A stretch of DNA of 61,992 nt, filler included, from Collodictyon triciliatum (Eukaryota): assembly GCA_043381765.1 (NCBI GenBank). It is 4 parts of 4 records of this genome, joined end to end, with 100 filler letters (N's around TTAATTAATTAA, not from the genome) between each part and the next. Parts side by side here need not be neighbours in the genome. Positions count along the whole stretch, not along the records: positions 1 to 21,452 come from JBHJMP010000518.1; 3 more parts are not named here. One strand, written 5' to 3'. Under the pieces are notes generated by a model, which was not told where the DNA came from, searched no databases, and saw only the letters and a program-made list of their open reading frames with translations. The translations under genes were made by a program, and so were the position numbers. Within the stretch, counting starts at the first letter, position 1, and each line of letters begins with the position of its first letter. This document shows, in pieces, positions 1 to 12,156 of the stretch.

Positions 1-120
1 TTATGTTTGTTTGTTTTATGTTTGTTTGTTTTATGTTTGTTTGTTTTATGTTTGTTTGTTTTATGTTTGTTTGTTTTATGTTTGTTTGTTTTATGTTTGT
101 TTGTTTTACGTTTGTTTTAT
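1..120. repeat. 15-bp tandem repeat (TTATGTTTGTTTGTT)n
   Basis: Seen directly: about 7-8 near-perfect units at the window start; it explains the spurious MFVCF ORF. Confidence 0.9.
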
Positions 121-363
121 GTTTGGTGTTTGTTTATTGTTTTATTAATGTTATATATACTATTCATATTTTTTTGTTGATGAGAAGCCCATGTTAAGTC
201 AGCTATGAGTACACAGAAAAGGATTATTCAAAGAACCGAGCCGCTAATTCATCTCGTCTTTATTCTTGGAGCAACTTGAAAAAACTTCTTATCTTACCAA
301 CCTCAGGCCCAAGGAGGAAAAGTCTAAAAACCACTCGCTTGTCCCAGCAAGGAAGCATAGGAT

Positions 364-829
364 ATGTCAGACGATAAGCGCCTCAACTCAATCTTCGCAG
401 CTTTGGTTGCACTGCAGTCATCCAGTCAAGCATGTACAACAAGGTTTTTTATCAGATTTTTATTCAAAAAGAAAAATAAGGAAGGAGGCTTTATTATATA
501 TTTGGACTTAAAACACTCTCGTTAAAAAACATACGTACGACGACCGAGAAGGAAGAAATCACCGAGGAAAATCACAAGTTTGCTCAAGGATTCTACTCTC
601 TCTCAAATGGTTTTGCAACCAACAAACCTTCTATCTTCCTCGGTGCCATCCAAAACCAAAAATTCCAAAAATCAAGGTTTCAGCGCAAACCAATCACAAG
701 GAAACGACTTGAATAGCCAACATCTTGACAGACCTGACTCATTGCATGGCGATGGATTTGGAATACTCCCCAAACTTACATCATCTCCAAAGTATGAAAC
801 CAAGTTACTTCATCATATTTCTTGAATAG

Positions 830-905
<76 letters not shown>

Positions 906-3123
906 ATCAAGGCACAAGTTTCTCATTCATATCTGATTTCGAATTCATGTAACAAGGCAAAAGAGAAGACTCAGTAGGAGAGAGCCAAGCGCACCTGATA
1001 CCGAAAAATGTTCACCTAGCCCTCGGGCAAGACTTGAAAATCTTTCTCCTGCACCGGTATGAATATCAGTTTGAGTTCATGCAAACCCTGGATTAGTCAC
1101 GTTATATTTTTAATCATCAATTATTCAATACTGCGACATTCTTTTATTTGCTTCATTTATATTGTGATCAGAATAACCGGAGTCAGTCATATAGCTGTAA
1201 GTTATGCAATATGAAACCTTCCGCAAAAAAAAAAAAATTATGTGAAAGTAAATTATGTGAACACAGAAATGATGGTATCTCACATCACAGATATTAAAGT
1301 ATCGCTTATATCCTTGTGGATGGATGGCCATGAAGAGATTGAATGTATCGATAGTTTATTGAGGCGTTTTCGATGGCTCAAGCAGGCAATGGCACAAGTG
1401 ATTACAAATGTCATTTGGATATCAAAATCGAGAAGTGATAAGGTTCTCATTTTATAGGTCGATGAGATGTCACCAATAGAGCCTATGAGACGCAAGAATA
1501 TTACATTCTTGAAGAATTATCGCAGTGAGCTTTGCCTAGAGCTCGAAAACGTTCTCTCGCTCATCAAATACGTACGAGCAATTAGCATCGTATCTTTTTG
1601 ATCGACAAGCATCAATACTAGTGTAATTACCATAGTCAACATTTATTCTAGAAATTGTTAATCTGCTAGGATGAAGATTTACGAACACAGAAGATGTGCA
1701 CCACCCTAAACATCACCCCCTCGCCATCTCTCAGCTCCTTTCGCTTGCAATCACGAGGTTCATCAAGGAGTCCATCCAGATCAGGGGTTTGAGCTAATCA
1801 CTACTTAATCAACTGCATTCTGGGAATGACTGGGAATATAAACCAACTTTAATATATATATACATATTTGTAAATGTGTCAACCATGTTATCAAAAACGT
1901 CTTGTTATTATTTCCAACTACTATTGTATACCCCAGAGCGGCATTTGTATTCTTACCTTACGGTCACCCGAATTCTATTGCTAGTACCAAAATGGCATCG
2001 CCCGGCAAATGTCTCATCGGTCACTCTCCGGAGCCTCCGAGATTTGGGCGGATGACGCAAACCACGATGACACTGCGCCAGTAAAAGCGTCTTCTATTTA
2101 TTCTCCTATTGAAGGTTTCATCTCAAACCTATCCTATTCCATAGAACCGTGTCTATGTAAATCTGTGTGCATTAATCAGGTCAATACTTCTGCCAATTTT
2201 TTAATGCTTTTTTTTTTGGTGCAGTTAAAGTGGGCTTGGAATCAACTAAACAACCTGAGAATGTCAATTCGAAAACGCCGTGCTTCCAGAGGTATCATTC
2301 GTCATGAATCCCTCACCATCCTGGGGAGATAAAAAAAAACATTGATATTCTTTTTATTTATTGAATGCATGACATGTCGTCGATGTTCGATGAAACCCCC
2401 ACAAATGATGCATCGATAGATGTGATTTGCTGACATCAAAATCACTTCCCTCATGACTGAAGTTGTGAGAATATTGCAGGCACGTTTTCCTCCAAACCCG
2501 CATTTCTCAAAGCCGAAGTTCCGTGTGCATCGATCTGCAACATCGCAGAAGACCTTTCGGATAGATTCAAAACATTGGCCAACATCAGAGAGTACATATC
2601 ACAATACACTCTGCCCACCGAGAGACAGTCATTATGCGAATCTCTGCTCCACAGAGGCCCTTCAATACCATCGCCCAGGAGAACGAAGACAAGTGAAAGT
2701 GCTCGCGTTCGTATCATTAGAGGCCCACAGCTGCGTTCAGACGCTGGCTCGGTGATGCAACCCAAAGTTGATTCGCATAGAGGATTATGCCAGGCGAAGG
2801 CAAGGATTGTTGAGCAAATGAATAGGATGAGGCCGTGTTGTGATTCCAGCTTTGAAGAGACAACGGCATCGCCAACAGACAGGCCCACACAAGGTTTGGC
2901 GCAGTTGGAGACAGTCCTTGTTCATTTATATTCGGTGAGATTGAAACATATTCAGACCAGTAATTTTACTTGTATCGGTATACCTTTTGCACTAGTTTCT
3001 GTCAAGTCTGGCGCTCGGGAAATGAGCGTGGGGCAGTTGTATCCGTACATGACGATAGCGGATATGAACGAGTTGATTTATGAAGAGGACCAAGTTTCTT
3101 TTTTCCGCGGAGCACCAGATTAG
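364..3123 (+). CDS. Hypothetical multi-exon protein; 5' structure uncertain
   Basis: GC-richer blocks bounded by AG/GT: e.g. 1458-1571 VDEMSPIEPMRRKNITFLKNY..., 1670-1757, 2225-2291, ~2480-2893, and final exon 2995-3123 ...LYPYMTIADMNELIYEEDQVSFFRGAPD*. No recognisable domain; the start codon and several junctions are unresolved. Confidence 0.4.
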
Positions 3124-3471
3124 CACAGAAGAACAGAATACATCAGACAAGGCAGAAAGAAAGAAAGAAAGAAAAAAGAGGACGGATTGCCATGGCGGAG
3201 TTCTTGCAAACCACATCTCTTTTTCTTGCTCGCTCACTTTTCAATTTTATTATTTACTGTTCCCAAACATTTCATATAGTATTACCATCCTCACTCATTC
3301 TCTGGATTCCAATTTCATTTTTATTATTTTGAAAAAAGGAAGTATAAATAAAAAAAAATCTACAAAGGATATCTTTTCTGGGAAGGCAGTGTGACTTTCA
3401 GAATTCATATAAGTCGAGTGAATCAAATATACTCAAAGATACAGAACAGAAAACCGAGATTGATTTTCATC

Positions 3472-5901
3472 TCACTTGTCTTTCCGTGCTATCTTTTGGG
3501 TTACTCTTTCATGCAACAAAGTCAATTCGGATTCATTCAATGAGCCCAACAATGTGAGTATCGCAGAGTAGACGGCGTTGGTCTCCATTTTTTAGAATGA
3601 AAATATTAAGAGGTTGAGAGACCAGGCAACGATTGACAAAAAGAAAACTTTTAAAAGGAAATATTCAAGCCCAAATTAAAGGAAATAAAAAGGAGCATAT
3701 ATGCGATGAGAAGAAATATACGAGGCAAATATGATTACTTGTGTGCTCGAATCCGGTGGCTTCAGGTCTGGTTCGCTCTGAGTGAGGGTAGTAATGTTTA
3801 AGAGTGAGCTTATTCGTTTCACTTTTCAAACTTTATGTTCCTTATTAGATAAATAAATTATGTTGAAAAAAATAAATCTACCCTCATTCTTCTCGAGGCA
3901 GGCTCGGATATATGGGCTGTGGCTAATGTGCCGGCCTTCTCTTCTGGAGTAAAATCCCGATCTCCTGCTTGTCGTATCACTTCTGATAGCTAACATAGGT
4001 TGAATGGTAACACAAAGAGAAAAAAAAAGGATGGTTGAGTATTTAATTAGCTTGCAAATTGTCCTCACCTTTTAGCAAATAATTATTTCTGGAAAAAAAA
4101 AAGCCAATACGTTCTTCGTCAATAAGCGACAGCCAATCAGACCAAGAGCGTGTTGTAGATAAAAGGACACATAATATAATAATCGACTCACCCGAACAGG
4201 ATTTTGAGCCTTCCACAAACGACGACCTTGCTGGTCTGGCCGCTCGTTCGGATTTTCTGAAACCTGGGAAAAATGGACACATTACGATTAATGCGGGGTT
4301 GACCATATTCGAACGGTAAAGTAAATCTGTGCGAGCTAAAGACAGAGGCTTCCATGAAAGAAACAAAAAAAAGTCCTAATGCGGTTAATATACTTTAGAG
4401 GTTTTCCTTGATTGGTCGGTTTGAGGGCTCTGAATGAAGTCAGACTAAAGAATAAAAAATATTAAATCCATTTCAGGGCTTTTTTAAAAATAATTGGCAT
4501 AATTTAAGCGATGATTCAACAAATTATGAAGAAATGCTTATATACTCTAGACACCTGCGATGGACTGTTTGCTCTTCGGGGCAGTTTTTGTTCTGAATCT
4601 TTCCCTTCATTAATTGGTATTAGCAGAAACTCATTTCGAGAAAAAGAATTGGTATATTTAATCAGTCAAGGAATTATAGATGTGCTGGTGAAAAGATAGA
4701 TGAACAGTGTAAAGCTTTACGCAGTTCATTTGCATCGGGAGAATCTTTTGGTTCGGCAACCAATATTTCCCTCAGTCTCGAGTTTCTCTCTTCTTGTGTC
4801 ACATCTGATATTTTGAATTTTGGATATAGATTAACAATCGTGAAAGAAAAAAATTATGTTGAGGAATGGATAGCGGAATCATTGAGAAAATTGGACTAAT
4901 AGTTAAATCGAAAATACAAAAGTGATTCGTTTTTTGGTTTAATTGATGTAGTTCGAAAAGACATCGGTAATGAACGATATATGTCTGGAGAGAATAATAG
5001 TACGTGAGAACACAAAAAAAAAATAAAAAAATAACGAAAGACTGAATAGAGTAAAAGGGAAATACACTATTCAGGTAAACCCGCGACCTGTATTGTCCAA
5101 CTTAATTAACTGTGGAAGCTGAGATATTATGTATGTGCGATAATTGGGATGATCTGCACACGGGTTTTCGGAGAGCCAGAGCACTTTAAGGTGTGTGCAC
5201 AAAACCAGATAGCGGACTTCGCTGATATCAGCAATCTTGTTTTTTCGTAGGTACAATTCTGAAAGCTTAGTGCAGAATCCAAAGTCTCTCAAAGTGATAA
5301 TGTTATTCATACTGGCCAAATAGAAGGAAGAGAGAAAGAAGTAAAAAGTTAGCAGGCGAGAATGGGATGAGGAGTGTGTCTTTAAAAAAAAAACACTGAA
5401 ATGGTTTTCCGTTTATGTATTTTATACATGAAATAAAGAGGAAAATCATGAAATGCAGCAAAGATTTAGTATTTGTCAACGACGTATATCAAAGAACACA
5501 ATAGTCGATATCACCGTTCGAATGACTTGCGTTAGAAATGCATGTAAAAAGAGAGAAAGGATTCACGCAATATTTTATGATTAGTTATTTTTTCTTGCAA
5601 AGCCACGAAGGTATTTAAAAATGAGGCCAATGGATAAAAAAAAAAAACCTTAAGCTGAGAACCTCCACGTTTGGGAGCCTTTTTAAAATCCTGTGTCGCA
5701 AAAATACCAATAATTCTCTTTTAAAAAAAAAATCATGGAAAAAATTAGAGAAAAAAGAAAAAAATAGGGGAAAATGCCAGGGAAGAAGGATGCTTACGAA
5801 AGGTCGTCGATCTCACAGCCCCATAAATTCAGGTTGCGCACCAGCGAAAGGTTTTCCACTCGGCACTTGTTTAAGATCTGCTTCTCGTCCAGAACCACCA
5901 T
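3472..5901 (-). CDS. CFAP410: Cilia- and flagella-associated protein 410 (C21orf2-like; N-terminal LRR + LRRcap, C-terminal helical motif)
   Basis: Spliced translation MVVLDEKQILNKCRVENLSLVRNLNLWGCEIDDLS/ILKRLPNVEVLSLS/MNNIITLRDFGFCTKLSELYLRKNKI...LWLSENPCADHPNYRTYIISQLPQLIKLDN matches the C21orf2 family pattern. The last exon TNAVYSAILTLLGSLNESELTLLHERV resembles the family C-terminal motif. Confidence 0.88.
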
Positions 5902-6239
5902 CGCCTTTGCTCAAGCTTTCCTGAAGGCCGTGTGATTGGTTGCGGCAGATGGATCGATCCCCGATGAATGCATTCAGTTTCTAATAATGGAAAATATAAT
6001 ATTGATATGCAAAATAATCCATTTAGTTTTACAAGAGGCATTATGATCTGGTATAATTAATAATAAGTATGCGCATACGAATATATTTTAATCATTATTC
6101 TGATTGGTATAATTCCCAGAAGACACGTTGAATTTCGGCTTCTTTGGAAATACTTTGTGGGCTGCTTTTGCAATATCAACCACATAAGCCTTTCTTTCTC
6201 TGCTTCGATCGATCTCCACCCAACCGATCACACCAAACA

Positions 6240-6810
6240 AAAAAACAGAACAAAAAACAAAAACAAAAACAAAAACAAAAACAAAAACAAAAACAAAAAC
6301 AAAAACAAAAACAAAAACAAAAACANNNNNNNNNNNNNNNNNNNNNNNNNNNNNNNNNNNNNNNNNNNNNNNNNNNNNNNNNNNNNNNNNNNNNNNNNNN
6401 NNNNNNNNNNNNNNNNNNNNNNNNNNNNNNNNNNNNNNNNNNNNNNNNNNNNNNNNNNNNNNNNNNNNNNNNNNNNNNNNNNNNNNNNNNNNNNNNNNNN
6501 NNNNNNNNNNNNNNNNNNNNNNNNNNNNNNNNNNNNNNNNNNNNNNNNNNNNNNNNNNNNNNNNNNNNNNNNNNNNNNNNNNNNNNNNNNNNNNNNNNNN
6601 NNNNNNNNNNNNNNNNNNNNNNNNNNNNNNNNNNNNNNNNNNNNNNNNNNNNNNNNNNNNNNNNNNNNNNNNNNNNNNNNNNNNNNNNNNNNNNNNNNNN
6701 NNNNNNNNNNNNNNNNNNNNNNNNNNNNNNNNNNNNNNNNNNNNNNNNNNNNNNNNNNNNNNNNNNNNNNNNNNNNNNNNNNNNNNNNNNNNNNNNNNNN
6801 NNNNNNNNNN

Positions 6811-6876
<66 letters not shown>

Positions 6877-6946
6877 AAAAACAAAAAACCAATAAAAACC
6901 AATAAAAACCAATAAAAACCAATAAAAACCAATAAAAACCAATAAA
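6240..6946. repeat. (AAAAAC)n, N gap, poly(A) and (AATAAAAACC)n in the divergent CFAP410/RLP24 intergenic region
   Basis: Seen directly; the long ORFs called here are repeat/N artefacts. Confidence 0.9.
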
Positions 6947-6978
6947 AAAACAAAAAATATATAAAAAAACAGTGACAG

Positions 6979-7739
6979 ATGAGGCTTGAGAAGTGCTACT
7001 TCTGCTCCAGCACGATCTACCCCGGCCACGGCGTTGTCTTTGTTCGCAATGATAGCAAGGTAACTCTTTTTTTTTTAACAACTCCAAAAGAAAACAAGTA
7101 GAAAAACATTATAGCAACGCTTCCTGCTTTAATTACGGACGATCCTTCGCGGCCGATTCGTTGACGACAGACAAAGAACAAAGAACTAACAAACAAAACA
7201 GGTTTTCCGCTTCTGCCGCTCCAAATGCCACAGCAACTTCAAGATGAAGCGCAACCCCCGCAAGATCCGCTGGACAAAGGCCTTCCGCAAGCTGAGCGGC
7301 AAGGAAATGGCCACAGACACGATCTTTGACTTTGAGAGAAAGCGCAACAGACCCATCCGATATGATCGCGAGCTTGTGCAAACAACCATCCGTGCCATGA
7401 AGCGCATCTCCGAGATCAAGGAGCGCAGAGAGCGCGACTTCTACGAAAAGAGGTTATTTCTTGTTCACCTGACGATTCCTTTGTCCTCTTCCTGTTTGTT
7501 TATTTCTTTACTCGTGTGTCTTCGATCGAGAAAACTCGGCCTCAAACGAAATATGCTCTTTGCGCTTCCGTAGAATGAAGAACCGCCGCAAGACCGAGAT
7601 CGAAGCAGCCCGCAAAGAGATTCAGCAGAACATTGAGATTGTTCGGGCGCCAGCTGCTCGCAAGCTCAAGGAGAAAGCCATCAGGGCAGAGGCTGCGGCC
7701 GAAACCAACCAGGACGAAGTTCTGCAGGACAACGAATAA
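6979..7739 (+). CDS. RSL24D1: Ribosome biogenesis protein RLP24 (eL24-like), 3 exons
   Basis: Exons 6979-7059, 7202-7452, 7573-7739 give [57 protein letters not shown]...[30 protein letters not shown]. The CxFC...FCRSKC motif and RNxPxxYxRE are diagnostic of RLP24 rather than RPL24. Confidence 0.95.
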
Positions 7740-8839
7740 GACGAACCAGCAGACCCCTTTCGCCGCTCCTTTTTGTTCTCTTTTTTTAAAGCTTTTTCAA
7801 AGCCTTTTATCTTTTATCCTTAATCAAATATTTTCTTTCCATGTCTTCTTCCTTTTCGCTTGTTTTCGCCCATGGACACACATTCGCCCACCCGTACTCA
7901 TACAGCGCCATCAGAATGTGCAAATAACTGCAGTCCGCATTGTTTCTTCTGTTTCAGTCTCCGCAACTTTGCAAACACTTTTACAAACTCTTTCATTCAG
8001 GTGAGAAGAAAATCCTCCGCGCAGTTTCCTGTGTGCGTAGCTGTCTGGATATCCTTGCTTAGCCTCCCATTTCGGTGGCGAATGCGCGTTTCCATGTCTA
8101 CTGAGCACATGTTTTTTTTTTTTTTTTTTTTTTATCTTTAAGATTACGCGATGATGGAGAACAGCGTGTAGATTCTTGCAAACAAACAGAAGCGCGTAGT
8201 TGGTTTTTCGTTCTGCTGTATCACTTTGCTCATACATACCAAGTAAGGAATAAGTACGATGAATTAGTTACCGCAATTTTAGTACCGTATTTCCAAAGTT
8301 GGAAGCGGCGTTTGCTTTTTTTCTTTTTTTCAATTGGCCTTTCGTTCTCTAGTATGTTTTCTCGATCATAGAAGTTGCGATGTCTTTGTTGCAGCGTTCT
8401 ATAGCCTCCAAATACTGCGCTGATATTTCGTTTTACTTTCTTTTTACTTTCTTTTTACCTTCTTTTTTCTTTCTTTTTTCTTTCTTTTTACTTTTTTTAT
8501 TTTCTTTTTTCTTCCTTTTTATCTTTTCATTTTCTTTTTTTATTTGTGTTCATGCCTTGATTACTCAAACCACGGATATGTTCGTCTTCCTTCCGCCTGG
8601 CGTGTTTTCGACATAGTTTTATTCACACTTTCCTTTTATCCTTTATTTTCTTTTTTTTTTTCCCTTCAATTTAGTGTCTTTTCCAGTAGTCTTTTATGTC
8701 GGGCGTATCGGGCGGAGACTTTCTGCGACTTCTTCATTCTTTTATTATTAAAAATGGTTTGTGATTTGTTCTTGAATGCATATATAACTATCATTTGTAA
8801 ATAAAAGCGAACCAGCAGAAGTTCTTCAGAGAATGCGAA

Positions 8840-11800
8840 ATGTCCACCAAACTCATACTTTTTGGAGACCTTGTTCCGACCTGTATATTCCGTTTGCTTT
8901 CGTTTCATCGCACTAAAGACTTTTTGGTTGTTTTAATGCGACCAGAACACGACTTATTGCAGGGGACTCTAAAATTCACCGTCAATCCATCATGTCTTCT
9001 GTATCTGAATGAAAGATATACTCATGAAATACAGAAGGAAAATGACTCATTCGGTTCGTGTTTTCAATTTTTTTAATTAACATATATGTAAGAGGTGCGT
9101 ATTGATGATTTAATTTATTTTTGTTAAAAGAAATGAAAACTGTTTCTTTACATAATCATTATTATTGAAATCATAATCTAATTGAAAGTAGAGCGGAGAA
9201 TTCTGTTTGATATAGTAGATATGATGAAGAAAGTTCCTTGCGTGAAGGTATTTCCTTTTTCTCATCAAACTTTGACTTGGCAAATCATCACCTTCACCTT
9301 TAGTCTAGGCAATCCTCTTCTAAAACAGAGTTCTTATTACAATAATAAGATTGAAGCCAGCACATCCTCCAATTTGGATGAGCGTCAAATCATAATTGAT
9401 TTATTTGAGAATGTAAAAAATCTTGAGGTACAGTTGTTTTATCCATCGATTCAAAGTGAATATTCCTTGGTTAAATCGTGATGTTATCAATCACAATTTA
9501 GATTTTCAACGTTTAATCGTCACTAGTGACTTACGTTTTTAAAACACTAAGGTGGAATCATCCTTCCCAGACTCTATCTTTGGATTGGAAAAGACATACA
9601 AACAAATTCAAAAAGTTTGCAACTTTTGTTTTCCACAATTTAGAATATTTTATATTTAACTAATATACTCTTGGATGTTATGTTAAATATAGTACTCATA
9701 GGAAGCCTTCATAATTGCTCACCAAATCTCTTTATTATACATAAAATCACTGCGGTTATGTCATCAGATATCTTTTCGCGGTGGATTAAGATCAATTTCA
9801 GACATATTAGTCGATTCTATTTCACTTGGACAGAGCCCGAACTTACGAACACCGCAGATTTGGCCCATGCTTATGTGGTTAGATTGCTCAAATAATGGAT
9901 TGACATCTCTAGATAAATCGTTGGTAGGAATTTTACTTATTGGAAACCCCTTTTTCTATCTATTATAATTACTTTAGACAAATAAAGGGAAAAATAATTA
10001 CTTTAGACAACCTTCTAGTACTTCCTTGAGTTTCTTTTTTGATTTTCATTCCATAATTGCTATATCATATCCTTACGAATCTCCCTATCAACTATTGCTC
10101 AGAAATTTTTGCCGGCGCTTCAGTATATCAACTTGAGCCATAACAACTTGACCATCGTCCCATTTCTGGATGATTGCTACAAACTTTCTCACATAGATAT
10201 GTCATATAACCAAATGAGTTCTCTAAGCGAGATATTCTTGTTCCTTGGTTGCATCACACATTTCAACCTTTGTTCGAATGGAATAGCCTCGACACTAGGA
10301 TTGGAAAAGATGCTTGGACTAGTGGTAATCATATTCCTCTGTCCATGCGCATCATTACATACATGCAAATTTGATCAATCACCTCCAAACTGATGGTGCT
10401 ATTATTAATATTATTCATGAATTCTTCAAACAATCTTTTCATCCGACAGAAACTGGACCTAAGCTACAACCTGATTTCAAACATCACTGAAGTTGAACGT
10501 CTTCGTGACCTTCCCTTTCTTACTCACCTAATTCTAGAAGGAAATCCTCTGTCTAACTCCCCTAACTACAGAACCACTGTCCTTCATGTTTTTGCAGTAA
10601 AGAGAAATGTATGTTTGCTTCGAAGGGCTATGTTTGCATCAGCTTGAATTATGCTGAATTATTATTGAGGTTTATTTATTTCTTAAAAAAACATTAGTTT
10701 GTTCTCGACGACTCTCCTGTTATGGATACGGAAACCATCGACCTTCTATCTATCACACCAAGAAATCGAATTAAAGTATTTGATTTACATTTACATTCGT
10801 CTGACTTAATATCTACCCTGTCACTCAATTGATATATATGAAGGTCCACCACAAGAAACGAATAGCGGATATTCACGATTTACAAAAAGATAATGTCACG
10901 AAGGAATACCAAGTTTTTTCTCATTCGACACAAGGTTTCCATAAAACGCCGATTTATTCTACATTATTACTAATCATGCATCAAGATGAAAACAAAAATA
11001 AACAAAAACAAAAAACAAAAACAAAAAAATAACAAAAAAAAAACGAATAAAATTACAAAATAACTGTGGATAGCTGCAATTATTTCTAGCAAAATTCTCT
11101 CCCTGCACTAAGTTGATGCACCACATCTTTTTTTTTACATGTAGCTTTAAGCTTGGCGTCTCGTCTGGAGCAGATGAGAAAGGAGGGTGGGAATAGTTGG
11201 CTACTCATATACAATCAAATGGACGAGCCTATCGGTGTCGATAACTCTTTTCCAGCAAAGTATGTATTCATCAAACACGGATTTCAGGAATGAATAGGTG
11301 TAGTGAAAAAGGGTCTCGCATGTTAAAATGAGTCGCATACGACATAATTGATTTCGTACTTTGACAAACAGGGGGCAAAACCCACCTCTTGCGCAGCAAA
11401 CAAAATCAAACTTGAGTTCTGTAAGTGCACCAGTGGAGCAAAACCAAATACCGAAACCTTCTGAGGAAAAAGGTATCCATAAATCGTTATTCATTCGTGT
11501 TAATAATGTATTACAACGATTTGTTCTGATTCAGGTTTGACAGAACCAAGCGCTGATAAATATGGACTGGGGTATGAATTTATGTTAAGAGATATATATT
11601 ACAAGGGAGATTGAAAACAGTTTTCAAATACAAAATTCAAAATAATGCGGCATTAGCCGCGCATCAATCACACGTTTAGTTCATGTTTTTAATAAGTTGT
11701 TCTGTAGATTCTCTCGGAAATATGTTGTAAAAGCGCTGCACAAAAGGCAAATAATTCTCGAGATGACAAACCTATACTTATCAGAGATATCCATGGACGA

Positions 11801-11925
11801 TGGTTCCGTCTTAAAATGCAGAGATATGAAACATATAATCAACTCTTATCAGGACCCGAGTAAGAAGTTTTCAAAAAATCACCTCTCGTTCAAATCTGCC
11901 TTGCTTTTTTCTTGGCTCTTTTCTT

Positions 11926-11995
<70 letters not shown>

Positions 11996-12095
11996 NNNNN
12001 NNNNNNNNNNNNNNNNNNNNNNNNNNNNNNNNNNNNNNNNNNNNNNNNNNNNNNNNNNNNNNNNNNNNNNNNNNNNNNNNNNNNNNNNNNNNNNN

Positions 12096-12156
<61 letters not shown>

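Noticed and set aside
6088-7087. Long ORFs of 240-313 aa and other poly-F/K/Y/N/MYVC ORFs
   Set aside because: They are translations of microsatellites and N runs.
7060-7201. Intronic snoRNA in RLP24 intron 1
   Set aside because: No clear C/D or H/ACA box arrangement is visible.
11472-11534. GTATCCAT donor as a GT-AG U12 intron (similar motif at ~18959)
   Set aside because: It lacks the +7/+8 TT and any TTCCxTAA-type branch near the acceptor; a U2-like CTGAT is present.
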